Source: the human T2T-CHM13v2.0 reference genome, Homo sapiens. From it: a DNA stretch of 64,000 nucleotides. Below the pieces are notes generated by a model. It worked only from the letters and a program-made list of their open reading frames with translations. It was not told the DNA's origin and searched no databases. The position numbers and the translations under genes were made by a program. The stretch is taken from NCBI RefSeq assembly GCF_009914755.1, contig NC_060937.1; one strand, given 5' to 3'. This document shows positions 10,648 to 26,109 of the stretch, piece by piece. The first letter of the stretch is position 1, and every line of letters starts with the position of its first letter.

Positions 10648-12987
10648 GCCTAGAGTTGAGAGTCGTGGAGTGTGTGTGGGGTGCCCAGGGTGTTCCCTGG
10701 CTCAGGAGAAGCGCAGACGGGCCTACCTCTGCTCTGCCACAGGCTGAGCATCAGCTTGAGGTACTCACAGTTGTCGATATCAGATTGGACTCCCTTCCTC
10801 CCAATGCTGACAGTTTTGCAAAGCTGGCCTTTCAGCAATTGCTGTGATAAGAAGCAAGTACTGTACAAAAGTCAGGGTTGCACAGGAAAGGAATGTGGCA
10901 GTGCCAGGTTTGATCCCAGGTCCCAAGAGGCCGGTCAGTGCCCAGGAGACACACACCTATTAAGTGACTGTGGTCATTTGAAAGTAAAATCAAAGTATGG
11001 CTTAGTCTTTCAGTTTCATGTATGCTTATTGTTTGGACCTAACTACTTAATAAACAGACTGTTCAGTATCTTTTTTTGCCTGGAGCACTATGAAAAAAAT
11101 TATTGCATTGCTAACATCACCCCAAAAGATTAGAAATGAGTCTTCTTTGTCTTTGAATCCTGAGGGCCTGGCTTATATTTAAGTGCTCATTGTGAAGTCA
11201 ACCAGTGAATTAATGAAGGAGGGGTCAAGCCATCCATCGATTCCCCCTCCTCCATCTTTTAAATTTAGAGACATTGAAGTAACGTGGCACTTCCTTGCAA
11301 TCCACCGGTTGACATTTCTGTTGAAATCGTGAAGATGTCATAAACGGTTCTCAGATAATATTCCTTCATCTTCTACCTAATGTTTGTTTCTGAGTCTTAA
11401 ACTTCCAGATGAGACCATCTTCTCTTCTGGGACTCCTCCCAACAACGTTTTCAAGTACCATTTTGCGCAGAAAGGCAACCGGGGTCTGGGTGGAGGGCTG
11501 GAGTGAAAAGCATGATACCCTGTTGCTGGACTCCTACTTCTGTGGAGAAGGAGCAGGGCAGGCACCCACTGGGTACAGAAGTTGTGCACTCAGAGCAAGG
11601 TGAGAACCATGAATGTTTTAAAATAACGGAATTAAAACAGAAATGTTTAAATCTCATTTGGATTTCTTCTTTCTCTAAATCATTCATTACTCCTGGATGT
11701 TTTAACTAATGTTTTCCTCATGTGACATTTGGACCCACTAGACTTTTAAAGTCACAAATTGTCCCTAATAACAGCACAAATTATGTAGGCTGTTAACTAT
11801 CACGGCATTTTTTAGCACTTTATCTTTTGCATGCTACAGTGCAATCATTTTCATTAACCATTCCTCATATCCAAGCAAGGTGGCAGCTTAGCATAATAAT
11901 AAAGCAATTTCCTGCTCCGTGATGTTGACATGGAAGGCCGAGGAAGTGACACTCTGTGGCTGAAGTCACAGCGCAGGGGAGTGCTCAGTCAGAGAAGAAC
12001 TCGACCCCATGGGTGCCAGTGACCACCCAGTGCACGCAGCTCTCCCACCGAAGTCTCCTGCTGGCCACCGGGCGTGGGCTGGGCTTGCAGGACTGGGGTC
12101 TGCCACCTTTCCTTATTCTGCGGAAGAAGCACAACTAGATGGGGCTGAAGATTTATTTCTCTTCCAGCCACCAAGATGCATTTCTGCTGGCCTTCTTAAA
12201 GACTATTAATCGCTTCTCTGGAAATTAACGTAAGACCACTCAAGAGCGAAATTGAGTAAGAGAAGTTTTTTATTTTCAAAAAAGAAGGAAAAGAACAAAT
12301 GGAATAAGTTGGTAATTCAAAAGAGAAGAAGAAATCGATTAAAAATCAGTCATTATGGCCATGTCCACAGAGACATCCACTGAGCCTGGTGCCGTTCCCT
12401 GCTGTCCACGGAGGCATCCGCTGAGCCTGGTGCCATTCCCCACAGTCACGTAGACGATGCAGGTGACTCCTCCACAAGCCCAGGAGTGGGGCACATCCTG
12501 ACAGCAGCACCGCTGCCAGATAGGGGCCAAGCTGGGATTCACAACTCAATCCCCCACAACGGGAGCAGTGCTCACTGGACAGCCAGGCCTGGCCTCCAGT
12601 CCCCCAAGGTCCTTAGACATAGCCCTCAAAATGCCGTCTTCCACCAGCTTTACTAAGTCACTGCAACCTGTGGCATCACAGAGTTACTGCAGACAGAGGC
12701 AGGAGCCGTGCGGTGATTGCCAAGGCCACTGGTCAGAACCATTCCTGCCTCTTTCCCTCCATGCTTCAGGAAGCACAAGACGCTCACTGTGGCTGCAGAG
12801 TGGACATCTAAGCACTAAGGAGGCGCTGGACCTGGGGTCTGCCACATGTTCTCCCTTTTAGTGGCGTGTAAAAGAGGTGGCATCCTTGATAGGCTCAACC
12901 CCTGACCCCCGCCCTCGTCAGGAGGAATCTTTTCACTAAAATCTCTTTGCAAACCATTTGAGGGAGTCCAGACTTCTGCCAGGCCGC

Positions 12988-13190
12988 TGACTGATCCATG
13001 AGTATGATAGTGACTTACATCAGCCACGACGACGACGACGACTGATCCATGAGTATGATGGTGACTTAACATCAGCCACGGCGATGACGCCAACAGATCC
13101 ATGAGTATGATGGTGACTTACATCAGCCACGACGGTGACGCCGACAGATCCGTGAGTATGATGGTGACTTACATCAGCCACGACGACCAC
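12988..13190. repeat. CpG-rich 51-bp minisatellite x4
   Basis: gatcc(a/g)tgagtatgat(a/g)gtgacttacatcagccacg.. units begin at 12993, 13044, 13096 and 13147. Confidence 0.95.
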
Positions 13191-14834
13191 CGTGACCCAG
13201 AGCCTTTGGGAAAGGGTCACCACAGAGCAGACAGGCCCCAAACCCTGGGCAGGGCTGGAGACTGCTGCACACACCCATGCAGTCACTGGGCACGGGCATT
13301 TCCCAGGAAGACTGTTCTGCCTGGAGAAGCAGAAGGTGGGGACAGAGCCTGCATCGCCCATTTGGGGAACAAAGACCTATGTTTGCACCGGCTCCAGGCA
13401 GCCTCCCTGTGTCCACAGCCCTCGCGTGCCCTGGACCTGTGAGCTCTGGATCACACAGCCGGGCCTCGTGCTGGACACGGGATGAGGATTATGAGCACTT
13501 AGTTCACAGTTTGGAAGGGAAGCAAGACTCAATTTTTACGTTTCTTCCTCCTCCAACTGCCACCTCTTATTTCTTCAGTTTCATGGAACAGGAATTCTAC
13601 AAGGCAGTGGAAAGAGGAAGGGAAAGGAGGTGAAACTCATCAGCTAAGTCTGCACTGTATTCATAGTAGGTCCAAACGGAAATTAGTTGGGAATCGTGCT
13701 CAGAATGAACATTTGGGGATTCCCTTTATCCATAGTCCCGTGTTTCTGATGACCACAGGTGGCATGTTGGCTGTGCCTGCTGGAGAACAGGGCTATGGAC
13801 CTGGGCTCATGGACACAGACAGCCCCGGCCTGCGTCCAACTGGACCTGAGGACACAACCCCCTGGCCAGCCTATGGCCCCCACCCCCACCCCCCGCTGGG
13901 CTCTGGCAGGCGGCTCTCACTTCTCTGTTCCTCAACGCCTCCTCTCAAGTCCCCTCAGTGCACCCCCGGGCCACGTTCAGCTTCCTCCCACACCCTCGCC
14001 CCACTCTGGAATCCCCAATGTCCTCTTGTCTGGGCCCACCCACTTTTCCAGGGCCAGCTCAGACCCAGCATTGCCTGGCAACCCTCATCCCATTCCAGTC
14101 AGCCCCCTGGAGGTGCTCTCATCTCTTCTTTGCGGCTTCCTTCATGGGAGTGATTATGATTTCCCTTTGATGATTTTAAGTTTATGCAGAACAAGGCTTA
14201 GAGCTCCTATTTCTCTTTATCCCCTGTGGGGCCAACTCAGCATTGGGCCCACAATCAATCACATTGAAAGACATCAAAACATCTAAACATCAACGTGTGG
14301 CCAACTGTAAAGATAATACCTTATTTTTATTTTCTTTGGTTTTATATTTTTGTACTTGTTCAAGACGATTTAAAAAAAAAAACATGTCTTTGAATTTCCT
14401 TTTTTTTACATTTTGCAATTCATTGCGTGAGAGTTAACATCAAGGCTGATGAGTGGTATTTTCCAATGCGTTTTTATAAGAATGCTCACAGGTGCTTAGA
14501 GGGCATTATTCAATTGCAGGTATTTAAATTATACAGCACTACTTATAATCTTATGTAATTCACATGCGTTTCTCAAGCTCCATGAGCCCATTCTCAGGTC
14601 TTAGTGGTTCTGTGGACTCCAGGCGTGGCCACTGCTGTCGTGGGTGGCTCACGTGGCCACGTTGGATGTTGTTGAGCATGACGATGTCACTGTAAAGCTG
14701 ACGGCAGGAGGCCACAGGACCAGACGCGCCTGGAGTGTGTGTGTCCAGGCCCATGCGGGCTCCCTCTTTGCTCCTGTCATTGGGACCCCACACATTTTAT
14801 GCCCCAGCCCTCCTTTGACCGCAGACCCCAAGGT

Positions 14835-14960
14835 CTTTGCGTATGGAGCATCGTCTAATACTGAACAACCCCGTGAGGGGAAAACTATCACCACTCCACA
14901 GACGGGAAAATGAGAGCTTCCATCGAGCATCAGCCAGGTTCTCCAGAGAAGCAGAGAAGC
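14835..14960 (-). mobile_element. MIR fragment
   Basis: ctaatactgaacaaccccgtgagg..actatcaccactccacagacgggaaaatgagagct. Confidence 0.5.
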
Positions 14961-17599
14961 AGGCCAGTAGGAGATTCGTTGTTTCGTTTGTTCAAAGAGA
15001 TTGGCTCCCGCGATTGTGTTGGGCTGGCAGTTTCCACGCAGCAGGAGGCTGGAAACTCAGGCAAGAGCTGGTGCTCCCATCATGGGGCAGAATTCCTTCC
15101 TCGCTGGGGACCCCACTTTGCTCTTAAAGCCTTCAGCTGACAGACAAGGCCCATCCACACCAGAGAGGGTCCCCTGCTCACCTAAAGTGAGATGACTGCA
15201 GTGTCGGCCATGTCTACATGGCATTTGTGTAGCTGCAGCCAGCGTCTGGTGAGATCACTGGGCCCTGCAGCCAGGCCACGCTGCCCACCGGGAAAGCTCT
15301 ACCCGAGCACGCCCAGCACCAGGGGCACAGGGCCAGGTGGACAGGCCTGTCTCACCCCTGTCTCTCCCGTCCACTCGTGGCTTGGCCACTGGACCCACGC
15401 AGCAGTGCCAACGTGTCCCTGGATGGCAACATGCCTCAGCCATCGGGTAGGGCTGCTGTCACCTGCAGCCCAAGTGTTCCTCCCGCTCCCGTGTGGCTCT
15501 ACGCACGTCCTCCCTGTCAGGGCTGCTGCCACCCCCAGCACCACAGCCCCGCTCTGCCCACCCCCCCAACCCTCGCCTGGGTCAGAAGGAACTAACTTCC
15601 TAATTTGCATTCTAAATACAAAGGAGAACAAAAGAGGGAAATACCAACAGCACCCGGAGAGGTGGTTTGGGAGCTACAGGTGAGTTCAATTTGCAAGTGA
15701 TGCCAAGGAGCGTCGCGCCTCAGCGTCGACCTCCTCCCCACGCCAAGGCCTGCAGCGAGCGAGCCATGCAGAGGGGGCCGATCCCACCTGGGCCACAGTC
15801 CCTGCTGGCCCAGGCTCAGGAGCCGGCTCAGAGCCAGAAGGGAAAAACCCACAACCCTCAGGGACAGAAAGCCAGGACACCAGGAGAAGAGAGAGGATCC
15901 CCCTGGACGCTGCAAAGACCTCTAGTGGCCCCTGAGGTCCCATGACCGTAGCCAGGCCAATCAGAGCTGCCCAGGAAGGCCCTGCCTGGCCCTGTCCCTC
16001 CCACCTGGCTGCATCGGCCTCTCCAGAACTCACTGAGGAAGATTGGAGGAAGGAGGCCCCCAGGGACAGTCAGGACTGCCAGATCAGCACGTGGCCCCAC
16101 AAGCCACCAGAACGGAGCCTGGACACAGAGCCAGCAGGCTGGGCAGCCACCCAGTCCCCAGGGCACTGAGCTGGGCCTGCATCTGGACACCTGGAGGGTG
16201 TGAGCTGGGCCTTAATAAGGGAGGCTGCCCCCTCTGCCTTCATAGAAGGCTGGTTGTTCCAGGTTTCTTAATTACTTGGCTACAAATCTCCCCTCTAGAG
16301 AAAAAGGCTAGAATGGGCACTAAGGCTTCAGTGCAACCACAAATATTGATTTTTCGAGGGCCAATGCAAATACCAGGCAAGAGCAAGCCCTTCACCGGGG
16401 CGGTCACTGGCCTGCCCTCTCTGGCCAGGGACAGGGGCTCCGCCAGGAGCAGCATGATGTGCCATGCGGAGCACTCTCGAGCACGCCCATCATGCTTCTG
16501 TCTTTCCACAAACCCGGGGGTTGCCAGCTTGTTGTAGGAGAGGAGGAGTGCTTTTTCATTTCTTTCTCCCTTCCCCTCCTTTTTTTTTTCTTTTTGTGAA
16601 AAATGGAATTTTAAAACAGCCAGCAACTAAGGCAAACTCCCAGGATAACAGTCTTAACAATTTACATAATGCAAGCGTTGAAGAGGAGGACGTAAAGCAG
16701 GCCTTTTAAGTCGCGTGACACAGTTTAAAACAGTGAACCCTGGCTGGCATTAAACCGCAGTCCTCTGAAGCACAATTAGAAAGCACTTAAGGCTGCTCAG
16801 CCAATCGGGGGCCTTGATTGGCTGGGCATCCCTAACCCTGTAATCTTCCATCCCGGGGGCCAGCGCGCCGCCGACAACTGCCGGTTGGACTGTTCCACTG
16901 GGCTGACTGTCAGGGGCAGCTAATGCTCGTTTTAGGAAATATTACTTTTTGTTGCTTTGGTCCATGTTCCCAAAATGTCAATCCTCCATAATGGGACCCT
17001 TTGTTCCTGCCTAATCGCGCTGATTACCGCAGGGGCTGCTGGTGGAGAAGGATGCTGGCGGAACCAGGGGTCTGAACACCAGGCCTAGCCGCAGCAGCTC
17101 CCAGACTCATGGCAGTTTTGTGGGGACACGTCTGCCAGCCCCTGTGTGGATCATACTTTTGCGGTGTTTGTTTCTTTATTGCACAATGGGGATGGTGGCA
17201 CACATCTGTCAGGCCAGCCAGGGTAAATGAATAATGACTTATATTTGGAAATCTGTGAACAACGCACACTCAAGCCAAACGTCCGTTGATGTATTCATTT
17301 AGCCATTCAGTTGGCACTTACTGAGCACCTATTTAGTGACAGCTCCACGTCAACACTTGGCTTTCGGGTATGGCTTCAGCACCTCCAGAGCTCATTGTTC
17401 TGTGTGGGAGACACAAGTGTACACCACACGCACACGTACACCACACATGTGTACACCACTCACGTGTACCGTGTAACATCACACTATGCTGCAATGCGGG
17501 CTATACTGAAGTGATGTGAAAACGTGCTGGGGAGTCCGGGCATGGCTCCCCCACAAGAGGCCCCGTGAATGTCACCGGCCTCGCCGGTTCTGCATCCTA

Positions 17600-17755
17600 C
17601 CTTGTGTGACCTCAGGGCGCTGCACTCACCCCGCTGAAACTCAGTTACTTGACCTGTGAGCTGGTGGTACAGGAATGCCTGCCTTAGAGAGTTGTGGGGA
17701 TTAACTGAGCTCATGCATGCAAAGTGCCTGGCCCACAGCAGTGCCTGACCCAGCC
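17600..17755 (+). mobile_element. MIR SINE
   Basis: tgtgtgacctcaggg..ctcagttacttgacctgtga..gttgtggggattaactgag..aaagtgcc..cagtgcctgac. Confidence 0.65.
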
Positions 17756-20098
17756 GCGAAGGCTGTCCTTACGTCATCCTCGTGCCCTCTATTGGCGATG
17801 TCGTATCAGCAACACCCAGGGGACGCATGCATCGCCCACCTCCATCCGAGGGTCTGCTGCTCCCAAACATGAGCCAGCACAAAATAGTGATGTCAGAGGC
17901 ACTGGTCGTGCCCTTAGCGTGTCTGCACCAGAGCGCGTGCTCACACGAGGATGGCCACTGATCGGTGAATGTGTGTCTGCTCGTAGGAGGGTTTGCTTGA
18001 ATGATACTTGTGAGTGAAGGGAGCAACAGATGAAAGGTCGTGTCCTGTCATGGTCCTGCAGGAAGGCAGAACCACTTCAAGTCCTTAACGCAGAGAGCAT
18101 CTCAGGTAGTTGCAGGAGGCTGGGGAGTCGGCAGGCAGCTCGGTCAGGACTGGATTTGGGGCAGTGGGACCAGCGTGGGATCTGGACAGCAGAGGAGATG
18201 CAGCCCCGCTCAAAACGCTGCCCAGCGTGCAGAGGAACCTGGCTTCTCGTTCCTCCCTCCCCAGGCTCCCTCCAGGCAGAAGGCAGAAGGTCAGGCACCT
18301 GGAAACCAGCCCCTAAGGGTCAGCTCCTCTGCACGCCCAAGCAACACAGAGCAGAGCAAGGCATGGACCCAGGGGCATGGGGCTCTGGACAGGCACGGCT
18401 CACAGAACTTTTTAAGCTGGAAATTTACCCTGGAGATGACTTATTTCAACTTCCTCTCATTAAACCTGAGGACATTGAGCCTGAGATTCTTACGTGAGGT
18501 CCCTGTAGTCAGAGACTTTTTAATAGTTATGAACACTCGTACGCCTGCATGCAGCCCACACCCACACACACAGGCACACACATAGCTGGACACTCATACT
18601 CACAGGCACGTGCTTGTCAGCTCAGTGCATACACAAGAGCACACCTACACACGTACACATATACACACACAGATGCAGGGCCTGCACATACGTGCACGCA
18701 CACATGCATGTGCACTTGTGTGCTCGGCCCTCAGTTGCATTCTGCTCCTAACAGAAGGGGCACCCGAGGCTTCCCCAGTCCCTCAGGAGTCCCACTTTCT
18801 GCTTTCTTTTCCCAGCCGAGCCACTTCCCACCAGCGCTGGGCAGGCTTAGCCTGGTGCTTGACCTGCTTCCCCCATCTACATGATGCGGATGATCAGTGC
18901 TCACACGGGAGGTCCCCAGCCATGTGCCTGGCACACACTGGGCCACAAAAATAGAACATATCATTACTCCCGACCCTCACCCTGACTCCTTCACCAGCCC
19001 ACACACAGCCCACCAAGGCCACGCTGGGGGACAGGGCTGCAGCCTCCATTTCCTGGCCCCCTCGGCCAGCCGCCTAGTGCAACCCTCTCCACCTGGCAGC
19101 ATTTGGGGGCCCGTGATGTTATCTCCTGTGCCCATGCGATGGCTCCAGAGCTTCAGCCCACATAGCTCTCGGTTTTGGTGACACGTGCCAGCCTGCACGG
19201 GGAGTGAAACGTACGTCCCATCTTACGCATTTAGGTAATCATACGCCGATGCCTGGCGAAAAGCACTTTCTTCAAAAGTTAGACTACAGACAGACTGGGC
19301 TGTGTGGACTGTGCCTTTTCCCTGTGGAACAGGGATCTCGCCTCCCACTTACGTAGGAAAGGCGCTGCATGGCCCCGTCTGCACCAGCTCCAGGATCCTC
19401 CATGGCACACCCTGGGGTGTGGGATTCTGATTTCAGTGCTAAGCTGTGAGTACTAAATGCGCTGTCCCCTGACAGCTTCATAATGTGAATGCTGCTGCCC
19501 TGTGCATCTTACTAGAGGCCCACACTGCCTGCCTGAGGTCGGAAGCATCTTCTCCATGCGCCCTGACACATGGTCTCAGGTGCCAAGTTTCTGCATGCTA
19601 ATGTCTATATATTGCAAAAATACAGTATAAACCCAAATTATAGACCTCTGCACACAAAACCACAGCAAGCACAGCTTTGTGTCAGGTCTAATAGGCACCC
19701 AGTGAACACTTTCCAGAAAGCTTCCATTCTTCATTACTGCTCCCAAGGAGCTACCACAACGTTGGAGAAAAAAAGCAATCAGTGCGTCAGGATCTGCAAA
19801 CCTGCATACACTGAGAGCATTTGGAATTTCACACTCTAGCATCGTCGGTGCACTCAGCAAGCTGGAGGCGGGGCGTGGGCGAGCGGTGGAGCACGTGCGG
19901 GTGCAAGCCTTACCGTGGCCCCTGCCACCATGGAACATCAAGTGAGCGTCTGCTTTCTCTCTGCAAGCCAACGCAGAGAAGTGAGTTAGCTACTCTCACC
20001 CACAGAGTGGACAGAGACTAGACCGGGCATTAAGGAGCCCAGGATTTCGGGTCTGACTTTGCTGTTAACTCAAGTGGAGCCTGGCAAGCTGGGCATCA

Positions 20099-20281
20099 GC
20101 CCGGGCTCTCATTCCAGGGACAGGCACTGCTACGGACCCAGGTCCGCCCGGGCTCTCATTCCAGGGACAGGCACTGCGACGGACCCAGGTCCGCCCGGGC
20201 TCTCATTCCAGTGACAGGCACTGCAACGGACCCAGGTCCACCCGGGCTCTCATTCCAGTGACAGGCACTGCAACGGACCCA
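20099..20281. repeat. 47-bp minisatellite x~3.9
   Basis: gcccgggctctcattccag(g/t)gacaggcactgc(t/g/a)acggacccaggtcc at 20099, 20146, 20193 and 20240. Confidence 0.95.
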
Positions 20282-22466
20282 CGCTCTCCACACTTTGCAG
20301 AGCAGACCCAGTCAGTGAGTTGCAAGCAGAATTTAAGGAAAAACTCATTTTAAAAATATTGAAAATAATTTTAAAATGCAATAGAAAGGATTAGGATAAA
20401 GTTGAAACTGTTGATGTGCATCACATGTGAAGTTTTGATTTAGAAAACTTTCGTTTGGGCTGTGGGTGCGTGGTCCTGGATGCTGCTGAAAAATGCTTTT
20501 CTTATTGTGAGTTACAGTTTAAAAGGTGAAAATACTATAAGACAAGGTGTGAAGTGCCCGTTCATGTTTCTCACAGAAAACGGCATTTAGAAAGTCGATT
20601 ACCCCATTGGTTCACAGTCGCTTTACCATATACAGTCAGATCTGCAGGCCAGCCGTGTTCGGTACTGACCGCCAGAACTTTTGTCGACAACACGTCCCTG
20701 GTCCCCACTGGCCCCCTCATTGCCCAATTCGAGGCCGGCCTCCCGTCGTGAGTCCTGCAGCCCCCTGTTGCTGACCCCGGGTTGTGACTGCCCGGCACGG
20801 TGCTCCCACCCAGACATTGAGAACAGCGAGATCGGTGCCTGATGGCCTCGTTCCTGGCAGGCAGGGCCCCTCTCAGGGCCCCTGTGCTCCTGGCATGAAG
20901 ATCCTGATATGTTTCTTGCTCCTCAGACACTGGAGGTCCCTAGCCCCTCTTAGAGTCATCTGTAAGCATGTACGGCAGCCAAGGCAGGACTTCTTGTGGT
21001 GGGCATGCTCCAGCCGTTGCCCCCTTGGCAGAAGCACAGCTGTGGGGCAGAACCCTGATGTCCCTTTCCTGCGGAGACTGACAGGCGTCTGCAGCCTGGT
21101 ATGTGCTCCACTTCTTTCCCAAGTGCAAGTTGCCCCCGTAAACCATGTTGTAGCTGCGCCTCAGGTGTTCCTGGTGGGTGAACGGAATCCTCGCGCCTGT
21201 GGTTGCAGCATCGGCAGAGCCAACCCCCGTCCCTGGTCTCAGTAAGGCAGAGTCTAAAGGAAAAGAAATGGCTAGCTGGTGGGATTGTCCTTTCTTACAG
21301 CTCTGGAACCAACAGCGTCTCAAGATCTTTCTTCAGGTCCACTGCCCTTTCCTGAACAGGACAGGACAGGTCCTTCAGGCACACACAGCCCATGTCGGGG
21401 TTTTGAATGTGATTGGGTCCCTTGGAGTTCTTCTCTAACTGGACAGTCTCTTTCTAAACATGCCAAGGTAAAGAAAGTATTGGGAAGACTCAAGCTAAAC
21501 TCACTTGGTAGATACCAAAACCGACCACAGGCCACGTGAGACGCCCTGGACTCAGATCATATATAACTGGCCCCATGAGGGAGAGTGAAGGCGTCCTGAG
21601 AACTGGCCTGGCTGAAGCTGGCAGGACGGCCGGGCGCACAGTCTGACTCTGCAACCCTGGCACCGTGGAGCCCTGGTCGGGTCAGGCTGCACGCCTGCAC
21701 ACCGACGCCGTGAAAACGCAGACCCAGCACACGCTCAGCTCCAGCCAGGCGACCTCCCACTGCAGCCAAGCACAGCAAAGGATGCCAGAGAGTGACGCTT
21801 ATCCTGGTAATTTTTGTTTATTTGCTTTTTTGTTTTTGAAAATAGGTGACGGGAGAGAAAAACACACACAATGAATGAAATTTTGTGAGAAGTCCCAGAG
21901 GGCATTTCCACAGCACCCCGGTCCTGTGGGTAAGAAGCTGCTGCAGTTCTGAGCGTCCTAAAGGCCCCTCCAGCCTGAGGGATGCACGCACACCCATCCC
22001 ATCTCCACCCCACAGAGGGAGATCGGCCCAGGGCAGGGCACCGGCTCAGGCACTGGGGCGTGGAGAATTCATCGGGCCAGTTCCTCCTGGGGTCTCCCGT
22101 GGCTGTGCTCAGAGTGTAGGCTCTGATGATAAAGACTGAAAAAGAGAAAAACGGCTAAAACTTGGCAGAGAGTTGTAAGGGGGAAGGATAAAGTACTGGC
22201 TTGACTACTTAAGATCAGGTGCCCTGAGAACACCACGTTCAAGCTGAGAGCATTCCAGCCAGGGCCAGCCCCGGAGGGGAGGCGCTGAATGCTAAAGGAA
22301 CCCGCGGCCGGTGGTGTGGCTGCAGCTTGCAGGCTGAAGGGCGGGTGGGAGCGCCACAGCAGCTCGCACCAAGAGTGGGGTCTCAGCCCAAGAGAGACAG
22401 GAAGCACGGAATGGTTTTAAGCTGGGGAGTCAGATGATAAGATTCACATATTTAAGAGACGGTTCT

Positions 22467-23290
<824 letters not shown>

Positions 23291-25799
23291 CCTCTCGTCC
23301 AGCATGGTGTAGACTGTGGTCAGAGGTGTAGACCACAGCCTCCTCTTATTCTGGCTCCAGGCTCAGGACCAACCCACGTATGTGCTTCCACATGTTAGTA
23401 GATCAAAGAACGGAGTGCCACGCACAGGCACAGGTATTCCATCATGAAGGAAAATGGCAGCTGTCCCCACTGCTCAGAGGCGGGGGAGGATGGATCAGCT
23501 CCGTCTGATCACCCTTGAGTCTCCGTCACCCAACCCTGGAAAAGTCACCCCAGCACAAGCCCCGTGCCCATAGAGGACTCAGGTGCCCACAGGTGAGGCC
23601 AAAACGCCGAGGGGCCCTGGAATTAGCGGGCTGGACTACCACAAATGACCTGTTCCCATCCACGGGACCCACATACTCACCCATCCCCACCCACCGCCCA
23701 GGGCCAGTCCACAGCCCACCTGCTCCAGGAAGGAAGGGCCCCCTGGAACACCGGCTTTCATCTCCAGGTTCCCTGCGAGGGAAATTGGGAGCTTCCTGGA
23801 GCAGAACATCTGTGATGCGCGATCCCAGCGCTTCCTCTGCTTCCTGGAAACACGGTGTTTCCGGAGCTCAAGTGACATTCCAGCTCCTCCAGCCTACAAC
23901 CCTCTGCTCAAAAGCAAAGGAGAAAGGTGCCTCTGCCGTAAGATTGAAATTGTTTTGGGAAACTCTCTCCAGTCCGTGCCTGGAAACAAACCAATGGATG
24001 GTCATCTCAACAGCACAGGGCGCCCTCTGCGGAAAAATTATAGGGTTCAGGCTGTTTAGCCAGTAGCAAAATTGTGTTGAAAATCAAAAATTGCTTTATA
24101 ATGTACTTAATAGAGTTTTCTGAGAGAATGCATGGGCCTCTGTACTTTGAGATCTTCTGAAAGATCTGGTGGAAGCTTTGTCCCATAAATGAGCCATTTT
24201 CTTTCTCATAAATGTGTCAATACAGGGGGAGATGCTTTTGCTTAGTCCAAAGAACAAATACAGTAGTTTCCCTGATCATCTCATGCTAAATATATTATTT
24301 TACCCTAATCATAAGGAATAAAACAGAAGGAGTTAGCTGACTGATTAAGGGAATTCAAATTACTTTTGAAATCTGGGAGTGTTCAGGAGAAAGAGTTGGG
24401 GCTCGTACAAGTGAGAGATTAGAGAAATTCTGAAAGAATTATCTCTCTCTTTCTATAAATAAAAATTAAGTTTATTTTCAAAAAATTCAACACAGAGGTT
24501 GGTGTTATTTGGTGTGGGGTGATTTAATCAAAGGGTGCATGTTCAGGGTGCTGGTAACTGGAGACTTTTGCAATCCCCGCCTTGCCAGCCCATGTTGGGG
24601 GGACCCTCAGGAATTAGGGTGCCCCACAGCCATGTGCCCGCAATCTGAGCTACCTGTCAGGAAGCAAGAGGTACTTAATAGAGGAGGATATGCCCCGCAC
24701 CCACACCAGGCCCTGGGGACAGCCGCCCTAATTGCTACAGATGACCCGCAAGTTCCTAAAGGGCTGATTTTGTAGACTCACGTAAGCTCTGGGTAGACCC
24801 GGCTGATTTTCCCAAGCCTCTCAGCCAATCGGCTGCCTCATCAAGTGTACAATGTAGATTTGGATGAATTTTCTGACATTTTCCCTGCGAGTTACATGAA
24901 CAATACAGGCATTCCCATTCATGATGTATGTAAATGGCCCATCCTCATCTCCCAAATGTCACTGTGGTGGCCAAATCAAAAAATCAAAACTGGTTCTTTC
25001 TCACCAGGTCCCACCACGTGTGTGTTGCCTGGTGGATTTTTGGGGAGAGGACTCAGGAAGGAGAGACCTAGACAGACACATTGACACAGCTCCCGGGCCT
25101 GGGGTGGGTGAGAAACCAAACCCCACCACACCCAGCACCCAAAGCCCAAATCCACCCACACTTTGAGGCAGGTGTGGGGAGAAGGCCTGCCTGCAGCCCC
25201 TCTTGCCCCCAGCCTCACCACGGGGACCCCAAGCTGGGCTCTGGAAAGAAATTTGGTTTTCAGACAAAGTGGCTCCCAGAGAGTCGGGTGGGATGACAAT
25301 GATAAGAGCCACGTCCTGAGATTTCCTGGTTAAGCTGCTAATTTCCCAGGATAAAGGAAAAAAAAAAAAGCATAAAACTGAAATAAAAAGAAGAAAATTT
25401 TATAAATTTAATAATTATCTACAAAAGAAAGATATTTGGTCTGGTATTTAATTCTCAACTGCAACACTAAATGAAACATAGTAATAAAGCCAACTTTACA
25501 GAGTTTTAAGGTTAAATTATTATGAATTATATGAATATTTAATTATTGTTCAACTGTAAGGGCAAATAAAAGGAGTATTTGGAAGTGCAAGGACTCAGAA
25601 AAAATAAACTTTTCTGAAAGAATTACTCAAGAAGACACTCCATACAATTGAAAAATGAGTTAGAATAAAGAACTTAACATAAAATATAGAAAAAGTGATA
25701 TTAAATAAACAGTAAAACTTATAATCAAGTCTAAATAGCTTAATGATACAGTTGTAAAGCTTAATGCAGTGGTTAAGCCCATTGTTTTGAAAACTGTTC

Positions 25800-26100
<301 letters not shown>

Positions 26101-26109
26101 CTGAAAACT

